From a candidate division WS1 bacterium (lineage in GTDB: Bacteria > Armatimonadota > Zipacnadia > Zipacnadales > UBA5352), in NCBI GenBank assembly GCA_003566775.1, contig PXBW01000215.1:3529-67528 (forward strand): a stretch of 64,000 bases of DNA, given 5' to 3'. Position 1 is the first letter of the stretch, and each line of letters starts with the position of its first letter. The position numbers were made by a program, and so were the translations under genes. Below the pieces are notes generated by a model. The model worked only from the letters and a program-made list of their open reading frames with translations, did no database searches and was not told the DNA's origin. Below are positions 49,171 to 58,191 of this stretch, piece by piece.

Positions 49171-51975
49171 TCACTCAGGCAGGATGGAGAAGTTGTCGAA
49201 CCAGAACTCGAAGTCCTCCAGCGAGAGATCCGGCGCATCGGGCGTACCCTCGGGGCGGATGCCGACACCGGAGAGACCGATCATGCCGACGCGACGCTCG
49301 AGGACCTCGACGCGTACCGTATGCTCCCCCGCCGGAAGCGTCATCTCACCAAGCGAGACTCGGGCCGGGACCGTACCGTCGGTCCAGTGCTCGTAGTCCT
49401 CGACCACGATCTCATCGTTGAGCATGATGCTCACCGCGCCCCGACTGTCGTGATCGAGCAGCTTAACGAATACCTCGCCGGTGGTTTCCTCCTCCAGTGT
49501 GAATCCCATCTCCAGCCACTGTCCGGGCTCATCAGCGCGCAGCAGCATGATGTCGAGGTTGCGAAGCGTCGCGACGTCGTCGGGGCCGTCGGGATCGCTC
49601 GCGATCGGCGCATCAACGGCCGGGAAGATCAGCCAGCCTACCGGTGGTGGTACCGTGGCCCAGGGTGTGTTGAACATCCACTGGCGCAGGTGCTGAAGGT
49701 CGGGATAGACCTCACGCACCTCCCGGACGTCCATCGTGAGGGTGTGCCATTCCCCGTCATCGACGAGCGTGTATCCATCGGGCACGGTTATGCGCGCGGC
49801 CTGGTTCTCGGTGGCGGCGATTATGAAGCTGCTCGGGCGATCGGGGGCATCGAAGGGAGTGAGATTTACCGTGACCGGGACGCCATGCGGAATGCGGTAG
49901 TCGAAGCGCACGATCGGGTACCTGTCGATGTCCCATTCACCCGGCGCGATCTGTGCCGCGGTCCGGTTGGCCTTGTCATCGTTGTAGTAGATGTGCATGC
50001 AGTGGCCTTCATCATCTTCGCGCTCGACATGAGCGAAGCCGGTCTGATGGCCGCGGTAGAACTTGAAGTGATAGCCCCAGGTCTCCCCGCGGGTCTCTTC
50101 CTCGAAGTCCGCCGCGACGAACGGCGCCGAGGGATCGACGGTCTCCCTCACGCGTACGAAGGCCACATCCACCTTTCGCGTGCCGTCGCTGAAGGTCGCG
50201 CGTACACTTACGCCGTAGGGGCCGGTATCCTCGAAGGTGTGGGTCGGCTCGATCTCATCGGAGAGGTTGCCGTCGGCGAAGTCCCAGGTTACGCTCTCAA
50301 GCTCGCCGCCTGAGGCATCGAGGGTGAACTGTACCGGTTCTCCCGGTTCGGCGAGCGCGGGTCGGGCGACGGCGCTTATGCGCGGCACGCTGTCGAGGCC
50401 GTGCTCGTACGCGCCCATATCCGGCGCCTCACCGGCCCACGGCATACTCACCGGCGTTCCATCCTCCCAGGTGACCTCACGGTCGAGGTGGAGAATCGCG
50501 GCCTGGCGGTAGCGCAGTTCAACGCGCTCGATCTGCGCGATGTTGTCGCCGCTACCGATCGCGATGAAGTCCCCCTCCTCGCCGTCGATGCCGAAACCGT
50601 CATAGAACGGGACGCCGTCATCGACGGGCAACTCCCGTCCGGCTCCTGCACCGAGAGTCCATGTCAGAGCCGCGCCCGCGTCGATTGCCTCGCTCCCGGG
50701 GCTGAGGCGGTAGTCACGGTTCTGAGAGTCCACGAAGTCCGGATCCTCATCGATGTTTTGATAGAACTCGGACCAGAAGTCTCCGACGGTTCGGGTTCGC
50801 TCGTTGGCCTCCTCCACCGACCAGATACTGCCCGCCCAGCTTACGCGCGCCTGCCCCGGCTCATCGCTGCGGAAGAGGTTCGTGATGAAGCGGTTGTCGT
50901 GGCTTATCCCGTCGGGGCGCGTGATATGCACATCGCCGCCCGCCCAATCGTTGCGGTAGAAGATGTTGTTTTGGAACTGATTGGTCGTGGTATTCATCTG
51001 TCCGAGGCTGATCGCTGTGCCCAGATTGTCCGCGAAAACATTGTGGTAGAAGCGGTTGTTCACGTTCACGAACGGGCCGCGGAACTGCCCGGTGCGGCTT
51101 GCGCCCCCATAGATGTAACTCGACATGGCGAGCGGACGGTGCAGGTTGTCGAAGACGCGGTTGAAGCGGACGATGCTGTAATCGTGTGAAGTCTGCGAGA
51201 CGCTGCCTGCCGAGCCGGCGCTGTCACGGGCGCGGGTCATGATATTGCCCTCGATCAGCGTGCGCCCGGCGTCCCATAGCGTATGGTTGCGCCCCCACTC
51301 ATTGTGCAGCACGTTACCCCGCACCACCACATAGTTGCTCCGGCTGATGGTCAGCGTGTTGTGCCCGGCACGCGCGGTGGAGTTGCCTTCGAAAAGAACA
51401 TGGGTGCACCTGAGGAGCTTGACCATGTCCACACAGCGACCGTTGGAGCGGTCGAACACGTTGTCGAGCAGGCGTATCTGCGATGAATCTCTGATCATGA
51501 AGATGTAGAAAGATCCGCCGAAGAACGAGCGCATCTCACAGCCCTCGACTGTGATGTTGTGCGAGTCCGCGATCGTTCCCCAGTTCGTTCGCGTACCACC
51601 GTCCACGAAGAAGTCGGCGATGACGATGTGCTCTCGGTCGGTGACGCTGATGATCTCCGGGGTCTCGCCGCGCACCAGCCGCGCCGCCCGGCGCTCGGCT
51701 GAGCGGTAGGTGATCGGAGCATCCGCGGTCCCGCTGTTCGCCGGGTTGATCGGACCGGGGTACTCGCCCGGCAGGAAGATCGCGGTGTCGCCGGGTTCAA
51801 GCGCCTCGTTGGCGCGCTCTATGCTCTGCCATGGAGCTTCCCGTGTTCCCTCGTTAGCATCATCGCCCTCGGGCGAGAGATAGTAGTCTGCCGCGTGAAG
51901 TGACGGCGCGATCAGTCCGCAGCAGATGGCGATCAGCGTCACGGCCAGAAGCGATCGTGTGTTTGCGTGAAGCAT
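49171..51975 (-). CDS. Secreted right-handed beta-helix protein with PKD and carbohydrate-binding-like domains
   Basis: Signal peptide; YYLSPEGDD...PW, Asn-ladder repeats, DYRL..GS.AIDAG and the PKD motif WDFADG...HTF. Confidence 0.85.
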   Translation of the reverse strand: MLHANTRSLLAVTLIAICCGLIAPSLHAADYYLSPEGDDANEGTREAPWQSIERANEALEPGDTAIFLPGEYPGPINPANSGTADAPITYRSAERRAARLVRGETPEIISVTDREHIVIADFFVDGGTRTNWGTIADSHNITVEGCEMRSFFGGSFYIFMIRDSSQIRLLDNVFDRSNGRCVDMVKLLRCTHVLFEGNSTARAGHNTLTISRSNYVVVRGNVLHNEWGRNHTLWDAGRTLIEGNIMTRARDSAGSAGSVSQTSHDYSIVRFNRVFDNLHRPLAMSSYIYGGASRTGQFRGPFVNVNNRFYHNVFADNLGTAISLGQMNTTTNQFQNNIFYRNDWAGGDVHITRPDGISHDNRFITNLFRSDEPGQARVSWAGSIWSVEEANERTRTVGDFWSEFYQNIDEDPDFVDSQNRDYRLSPGSEAIDAGAALTWTLGAGAGRELPVDDGVPFYDGFGIDGEEGDFIAIGSGDNIAQIERVELRYRQAAILHLDREVTWEDGTPVSMPWAGEAPDMGAYEHGLDSVPRISAVARPALAEPGEPVQFTLDASGGELESVTWDFADGNLSDEIEPTHTFEDTGPYGVSVRATFSDGTRKVDVAFVRVRETVDPSAPFVAADFEEETRGETWGYHFKFYRGHQTGFAHVEREDDEGHCMHIYYNDDKANRTAAQIAPGEWDIDRYPIVRFDYRIPHGVPVTVNLTPFDAPDRPSSFIIAATENQAARITVPDGYTLVDDGEWHTLTMDVREVREVYPDLQHLRQWMFNTPWATVPPPVGWLIFPAVDAPIASDPDGPDDVATLRNLDIMLLRADEPGQWLEMGFTLEEETTGEVFVKLLDHDSRGAVSIMLNDEIVVEDYEHWTDGTVPARVSLGEMTLPAGEHTVRVEVLERRVGMIGLSGVGIRPEGTPDAPDLSLEDFEFWFDNFSILPE

Positions 51976-52078
51976 TGGTGAATCACCTGAGTGTTGGGGT
52001 GGCATTATTAGAAGCAATGGTAACTACTCACCTTGTGGCTTGGTAGCCCAAATATTGATGCCCGCAGGAAAGTAAGAC

Positions 52079-52140
52079 CGGCAGGAGCGTGGAAATGAGG
52101 TGTAGGCTCACCGTAGCTCCATTCCGGGACGCTCCTGCCG
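52079..52140. repeat. Long intergenic inverted repeat
   Basis: cggcaggagcgt (52079-52090) and acgctcctgccg (52129-52140) are perfect complements; the interior ggaaatg/cattcc also pairs imperfectly. Confidence 0.65.
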
Positions 52141-52450
52141 TGAGTACGAATTGCGACCCGCAAGCTTTCAAATTCCGCCGCGACAAAGGAACACATGGAT
52201 TTTGAAGCCGGTCGGATCAACTCCGACGCCTGGCCTCTTGCCGCTGTGCGAGTTCGGTTCACCGCCTTGGATTCAACGACGGGATCGTCGCGTGCCTCGA
52301 GGACAACGCAATTACTTTAGCTCAAACTCACGTTCCGGAAATGCCGGGCAACTTCCGTCAACCGCACCCGTATCATTAGCCGTCCGTTGAAACAGAGGCG
52401 AGATTGCTACTCTTTCAGATCCACGAGAGTTCTGAGTGATAACTATCGTT

Positions 52451-53146
52451 TTAGTGGAGATAGTAGTAATCGATCGGTCCAGCACAGACGTTTGGGTTCT
52501 GAGGCCCGTAGGGTGATGTACTCGGCATCCACCGTGCATGGCCATCGACGAAGCCAAGGTTGGCCCCACCGTTGTGGCGGCCGTCCACCCAGTACCACGC
52601 GCCACCCACCTGGTCGTGAGGACTGTCGGTGCGGTACCAGAAGGTCACCATCGTATTGAAGTGGTGCGCGTCGCTGACGAAGACGCGTTCTGACGGACTG
52701 TCTATCTCTGCCATCAGTACCGGCGCCGGTGTCGCCGGAATACTCGTTCCATCGGGGTGTTCAAAAGCGAAAGTGTGGGTCGCGTATCCGGTGATCTGCA
52801 CCACAAAGCCATAGTTCCAATCTCGAGGGTTGGTGCTGCGCGAGCTTGGACAGTTCAGTATCTGCTCATTCATCAGGTACGGCATTATCGCGTCGTACCA
52901 GTGCAGCATCCAGCGGGGATCGGCAGTCTCTTCCCAATATCCCGACCGTGGCAATCTGTCATCGTAGTCCTGTGCGTACATAAGTGTCCCAGTGGTGATC
53001 TGCCTAATGTTACTGAGGCATGAAGTCTGTCGAGCCCTTTCCCGAGCGCGCGCAAACACCGGAAACAGGATCGCCGCCAGTATCGCGATAATCGCGATCA
53101 CCACCAGCAATTCGATCAGCGTAAAACCCTTTGTCCGTGTCAACAT
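52451..53146 (-). CDS. Prepilin-type N-terminal cleavage/methylation protein with H-X9-DG motif (DUF1559-like)
   Basis: [11 protein letters not shown]; [12 protein letters not shown]; SD GAGGAGG. Confidence 0.9.
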   Translation of the reverse strand: MLTRTKGFTLIELLVVIAIIAILAAILFPVFARARERARQTSCLSNIRQITTGTLMYAQDYDDRLPRSGYWEETADPRWMLHWYDAIMPYLMNEQILNCPSSRSTNPRDWNYGFVVQITGYATHTFAFEHPDGTSIPATPAPVLMAEIDSPSERVFVSDAHHFNTMVTFWYRTDSPHDQVGGAWYWVDGRHNGGANLGFVDGHARWMPSTSPYGPQNPNVCAGPIDYYYLH

Positions 53147-53243
53147 CTTCAGAGCACCTCCTCTTAGCGTAGAGCTATTGTGAAACGGCTAATGCGGTCG
53201 CCTGAACGGCCGCATTGTGACCGACGGAAGTGTTCTTGCAGAC

Positions 53244-53288
53244 AAAAAAATGAGCCCACCCATGCTCCGATACGAGCACGGCGGGCCC
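53244..53288 (-). terminator. Intrinsic terminator about 100 nt upstream of the prepilin-like gene
   Basis: GGGCCCGCCGUGCUC-GUAUCG-GAGCAUGGGUGGGCUC hairpin followed by A-U7. Confidence 0.75.
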
Positions 53289-53663
53289 GGCCTATAAACG
53301 CTGGTCCGGTTGCTGTTGCGCCCACGGATGAAAGTCATTTTCTCCTCCGTTGACCTGCGCGCAACTACCTATTCTCTCACTCCACCTGACTATCCTTCCT
53401 GATCGCAAAAACAAAGGCGTAACTACTCACATGGCGACTTATCACGTAGGTAGAGTGTACCCCCCCCGAAGATTGTCAAGGGATGGACCCAAACTCTTCT
53501 CGCGCCTCGAGGGCCTGCCACTGTGGCTAAAGAACCTTACACAGTTCGCACAAATGGACGAAGCACTTTCCGAAGACTTACCGAAGTTCCCGGCCCCGCA
53601 GCTTAACACCGGCTGCCTCACCCGAGCAGACAACAGCCCAGGGGGCACCCAGCGGATTCCGTC

Positions 53664-56009
53664 TCATTCCTCCGGCAGGATTGCGAAGTTGTCGAACCAG
53701 AACTCCTGCCCTGCATCGTCGCTCCAGCTTGTGTAGAACATGAACTGGCGCAGGTACTGAAGCTCGGGATAGGCCTCTTGGACATCACGCACATCGAGGG
53801 TTACCGTGTGCCATTGCCCGTCATCGACAAGCTCGTAGAGATCGAGCACCTCGTTGCGCGTCACTCGATTCTCCGTCCCACCGAGGATGAAGCCGCGCGG
53901 GCGGTCCGGACCGGGGAAGGGCGTCACCTCGACCGCGACCGGCACGCCTTCGGGGATACGGTAGTCGAAGCGCACTAACGGGTAGCGGTCGATGTCCCAT
54001 GCGCCGGGAGCGATCTGCCCCGCCGTCCGGTTGGCCTTGTCATCGTTGTAGTAGATGTGCATGCACTTGCCCTCACCGTCGGGGCGCTCGACGTGTGAGG
54101 CCTCGGTCTGATGACCACGGTAGAACTTGAAGTGATAGCCCCAGGTGTCGCCACGGGTCTCATCCTCGAAGTCCACTTCGACCAGAGGCGCCTGTGGATC
54201 GAGCCGTTGTGGGACATGTACGAAGACCGGAGCAACGCCCCGTCGGCCGTCGGCGAAGGTCGCGCGAACCGTTACTCCGTAATGACCTGACTCTTCGAAC
54301 GCATGTGTTGGTTCCATCTCATCGGAGACGGTCCCGTCGTCGAAGTCCCACCGGACGGCCACGACCTCCCTGCCGAATGTGTCCAGCGAGAAGCTTACGG
54401 GCTCACCCGGCTCCACTGCCGCCGGATTCGCCAGCGCCACCACCGCGGTCGGATGTGCGGCTCCATGCTGGATCGCGCCGATGTCGGGCGCCTCCCCCGC
54501 CCACGGAAGGCTCACCGGCATGGCGTCCTCCCAGGTCACCTCACGGTCCAGATGAAGAATGGTCGGCTGGTAGGGCTGCGGCTCGATCCGCTGAATCTGC
54601 GCGATGTTGTCACCGTGGCCGACGGAGATGAAGTCGCCCTCTTCACCCTCGATGCCGAAGCCGTCGTAGAACCATGTCCCGTCGGTGACCGGAAGCTCCC
54701 GGCCGGTTCCTTCGCCCAGTGCCCACGTAAGCGGGGTACCCGCGTCGATCGCGGCACTCTCGGAGGAGAGGCGATAGTCGCGGTTGGCGGCATCAACGAA
54801 GCCGGGATCGGCGTCGATGTTGCCATGGAACTCCGACCAGAATCCCCCGGTTCCCAGACGAGTGTTTTCGTTCGCCTCGTCGGTGGTCCAGAAGTCCCCG
54901 GCAAAGCGCACGGTCGGCGCCCCCGGCGCGGCGCCGCTGAGGATATTGGTCATGAAGCGGTTACTGCGGTTAAGGCCGTCGGCGCGAACGACCTGGGTTC
55001 CGATCCCGGCGTAGTCGTTGCGATGGAAGATATTGTTCTTGAACACATTCGAGCTTACGTTGACCCCACCGATCTCCCAACCGTGTCCGAGGTTGTCGGC
55101 GATGGTGTTGTGATAGAATCGCGAGTTCACCGCGACGAAGGCCCCCCAACCGTGCTGGGTGGCGCCCGCGCGCCTGCCGAGGTAGCTGCCGGAGTTCATC
55201 GGCGTGTGAAGGTTGTCGAAGACGAGGTTGCGGCGGAAGATGCTGTCATCGTACAGGTTCTTGGCGCGGCTGTCGGCGGATCCGGCGCTGTCGCGGGCCC
55301 GTGTAATAATATTGTCCTCGATCAGCAGCCGGCCGTTATGCCAGAATTCGTAGTTGCGCCCCCACTCGGCGCGGAAGACGTTTGCGCGCACGACCACGTG
55401 GAAGCAGTTCGCGATGCGAAGCGGGCAATGCCCGACGCGCGTGATTGAATTGCCCTCGATAAGCACCTCACTGGATTGCAGCACATGAACCATATCCCCA
55501 CGCATACGATCCGCGCTGAGATGATTGTCGATCAGACGGAGGTGCGTGCAGCCGCGGAAGACCATCGTCCGCGGGCCGTTGCGCATTTCGCAGCCGCTGA
55601 TGGTTATGTGATCGGAGTCGGTGACCTGCCCCCAGTTGGCTCGCATCTGCCCGTCAATGTGAAAGTCGGCAATCGTGATATGCTCGTGACCATCGAGGCT
55701 GATAATCTCTCCGTCATCGGGGATCAGTCTCGCGGCGCGCGGTTCGGCGGAGCGGTATGCAATCGGCGCTCCGGCGAGGCCGTTGTTGGCCGGTGAGATC
55801 GTTCCGGCGTACTCGCCGGGCAAGAAGACGGCGGTGTCGCCGGGCCGGAGGGCGTCATTGGCCCTCTCGATGCTGCGCCAGGGGGCCTCCCGGCTGCCTG
55901 CCGCTTCATCATCCCCGTCCGGTCCGATGAAGTACTCCGTAGCGTGCGTCAACCCGCACGCCACCGTCACCATCAACGCCACAGTCGTCACAATCCGAAT
56001 AGTTCTCAT
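53664..56009 (-). CDS. Secreted right-handed beta-helix/PKD protein (paralogue 2)
   Basis: Signal MRTIRIVTTVALMVTVACGLTHA; same architecture as 49171-51975; GGAGGA SD. Confidence 0.85.
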   Translation of the reverse strand: MRTIRIVTTVALMVTVACGLTHATEYFIGPDGDDEAAGSREAPWRSIERANDALRPGDTAVFLPGEYAGTISPANNGLAGAPIAYRSAEPRAARLIPDDGEIISLDGHEHITIADFHIDGQMRANWGQVTDSDHITISGCEMRNGPRTMVFRGCTHLRLIDNHLSADRMRGDMVHVLQSSEVLIEGNSITRVGHCPLRIANCFHVVVRANVFRAEWGRNYEFWHNGRLLIEDNIITRARDSAGSADSRAKNLYDDSIFRRNLVFDNLHTPMNSGSYLGRRAGATQHGWGAFVAVNSRFYHNTIADNLGHGWEIGGVNVSSNVFKNNIFHRNDYAGIGTQVVRADGLNRSNRFMTNILSGAAPGAPTVRFAGDFWTTDEANENTRLGTGGFWSEFHGNIDADPGFVDAANRDYRLSSESAAIDAGTPLTWALGEGTGRELPVTDGTWFYDGFGIEGEEGDFISVGHGDNIAQIQRIEPQPYQPTILHLDREVTWEDAMPVSLPWAGEAPDIGAIQHGAAHPTAVVALANPAAVEPGEPVSFSLDTFGREVVAVRWDFDDGTVSDEMEPTHAFEESGHYGVTVRATFADGRRGVAPVFVHVPQRLDPQAPLVEVDFEDETRGDTWGYHFKFYRGHQTEASHVERPDGEGKCMHIYYNDDKANRTAGQIAPGAWDIDRYPLVRFDYRIPEGVPVAVEVTPFPGPDRPRGFILGGTENRVTRNEVLDLYELVDDGQWHTVTLDVRDVQEAYPELQYLRQFMFYTSWSDDAGQEFWFDNFAILPEE

Positions 56010-56225
56010 GGCTACATTCCTCCGAGACCTGGTTCGGCTGGATTTCGCATGTATCTTAGTCACGTCGGGGATGAAACCCTCCATTTGACCATCTGCCGCC
56101 GGGGGACGTAGAACTCTTCCGGGGCATCGCGAGCATCGTGGAACGCCGGTGAGTTCGTCCAACAGGTGCTTCGGGAGGTACCGTCTCACGCGTCTCCCGA
56201 CTCGCCTGGCATGCCAGTCAGTGGA

Positions 56226-58142
56226 TCAGCGCGATATCCAGATCGGTGAGGTCCATGCCCGGTGACCGTCCACCTGTGTTACGCGCAGGTAGTAGAAAAC
56301 GAACGGGGCGGCCATTTCGTAAGCAGGGGGCAGCCACAGGTCCTCAAGCTGATCCTCGTCGCATATCTCGTCCGCAAATGTCAACTTTCCCGGCTCCAGC
56401 GTCCTGATGATCTCGTTGTTGCGGACCAGTTCGATGCTTTTCAGCCGCTCGGTCCCGGCCGCGACACAGCGGAACTCCCGGTCGCCCGCGTAGTCAGCCA
56501 GCAGCGATCCCATCGCTTCGCCATCCAGCGTGAAGTTAACGAGCATCTTCTCGCCGGTCGTTGCGTAGCAGCGGCGCTGCTTGAGGCCCTCGAAGAGCGC
56601 CTCGCGGTCGAGTTTCGGAGCGAGTACTCCGGTACAGGCGGCACCATCGTTGACTCCGAACGGTCCGTTGCCGGGTTGAGCGAACTGATTGTCGGTGGAG
56701 GCCATGAAGCCGAGTCGATGTCCGAGGCGCAGCGCCTCACGGGCGGAGTGGGGTCCGCCCTCCTCGTTCTGCCCCCAGCGCGACCAGATCTCGATGCAGC
56801 GCTCGGCGTCAGCGAGATCTCGACCCCAGTCGGCCGGCCAGATGTAACGGGTGTGATGCACGCAGGTGATGGCGGCATAGTCATCGAGGGCTTTCCACAG
56901 GTCTTCTGGCGTCGGAAAGCGGTTCGCCGCAGAATCTCCGAGGTCATACTCGGGAGCCCGCCCGCGACTGACACGGAAGCGCCGGGCCTCGTCCAGCGAC
57001 CGAAAGTACGCGATCCGGTGGCCGCCCTCACAGTAGGTCTCAAATCCGGGGATGGTCACGAACGATCCCGGCTCGTGATACTCCTCGGTGAGACCGAGGT
57101 GCCGCTCCCACGCCTCCTGCGTGATCAGGCTGGCCGCGGAGTTCTGCTGGTGCGTGACGGCGCAGAAGTCGAGACCCGAGTACCAATAGCCGTACTCGTA
57201 GGCATCGCTGGCCGTCTCGAACCCGTCGCCCGGCTCAGCGTGCACATGGATGTCTCCAAAGTACACGTTCATGCCGTCGAAATCCTCAGGTCTGCCAACC
57301 GGGTTGCTCCGGCCGCAGATGCAGTTATCCTCGTCGAGCGCGTTCACGTAGTCGAATTGCCCCTTGCCTGTCGTCAGAATGCCCTCAGATCGCCTCTTCG
57401 CGCTGGAATGCTCAAGATCGATCCCGGAACATGGTTCGGTCCCGCGCCTCCACAATGCGATGCGCCCCTCGTAGTCGCCGGCCGGGTTCTCACTGATGCC
57501 ATCCACGGCCACGACCTGCACCCTCATCTGCGTCGCTTGCGACAAGACCGCAGGGCAGCGCACGCGTAGCCTGCGGGCGGTTCCTCCCCGCGCGCGCACT
57601 ACCGGCGGCTGCGCGACATCACGGAAGTGCTCCTCATCGGGGAAGCGCACGAGCGTAGGTAGTGGATGGTCGGCGGCGGTCTTCGGCACCTGCGCGGCGG
57701 GACCGATCGGATCGCCCATGTACAGCACCAGCGTCTCGCCGTCCTTCAACCTGCCGTGAAGGGTCATGTGAAAGAGGTAGTAGAAGCCACCCGAGCGCAG
57801 TTCGCAATCCACTCGCAGATCGCTGCCCTCCGGCCGATATGGCCTGACCAGCGCGAACGAGCCGCCGGGATGGCGCTCGGTGTTGGTGTCGAACTGCGAG
57901 TGGAGCTCGGTGAAAGCCATGCCGAGGTGTTTGCGCCAGAAGCGCGGCGGCGCGATGATGATCTCGCTGCCGTCGGGCAGCTCTAAGCCGCGCGGCGTGT
58001 ATTCGAGGCGCAGATGCACCGCATCCCCCGCCACGGCCTCATCCGGCACGGCGACGGCCTCCATCGTGATCGGCTCCCGCAGCATCGCCGCGTGCGAGTA
58101 CCGGCGCCAGTTTGCCGCCGTGATCTCCTCTCGCTGCATCAT
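56226..58142 (-). CDS. DUF3604-like PHP-fold metallohydrolase
   Basis: YFGDIHVH, GLDFCAVT, GFE, EIWS.WG, RRCYATTG, YYLRVTQ and AWTSPIW; no signal peptide. Confidence 0.75.
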   Translation of the reverse strand: MMQREEITAANWRRYSHAAMLREPITMEAVAVPDEAVAGDAVHLRLEYTPRGLELPDGSEIIIAPPRFWRKHLGMAFTELHSQFDTNTERHPGGSFALVRPYRPEGSDLRVDCELRSGGFYYLFHMTLHGRLKDGETLVLYMGDPIGPAAQVPKTAADHPLPTLVRFPDEEHFRDVAQPPVVRARGGTARRLRVRCPAVLSQATQMRVQVVAVDGISENPAGDYEGRIALWRRGTEPCSGIDLEHSSAKRRSEGILTTGKGQFDYVNALDEDNCICGRSNPVGRPEDFDGMNVYFGDIHVHAEPGDGFETASDAYEYGYWYSGLDFCAVTHQQNSAASLITQEAWERHLGLTEEYHEPGSFVTIPGFETYCEGGHRIAYFRSLDEARRFRVSRGRAPEYDLGDSAANRFPTPEDLWKALDDYAAITCVHHTRYIWPADWGRDLADAERCIEIWSRWGQNEEGGPHSAREALRLGHRLGFMASTDNQFAQPGNGPFGVNDGAACTGVLAPKLDREALFEGLKQRRCYATTGEKMLVNFTLDGEAMGSLLADYAGDREFRCVAAGTERLKSIELVRNNEIIRTLEPGKLTFADEICDEDQLEDLWLPPAYEMAAPFVFYYLRVTQVDGHRAWTSPIWISR

Positions 58143-58191
58143 CGCCTGCTTCCTGCGCGTGACTGTACGCGCTGTGTCAGCCTCTGCTGCG

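Noticed and set aside
53350-53736. 128-aa plus-strand ORF
   Set aside because: TTG start without an SD, no recognisable motif, and it overlaps the minus-strand regulatory region.
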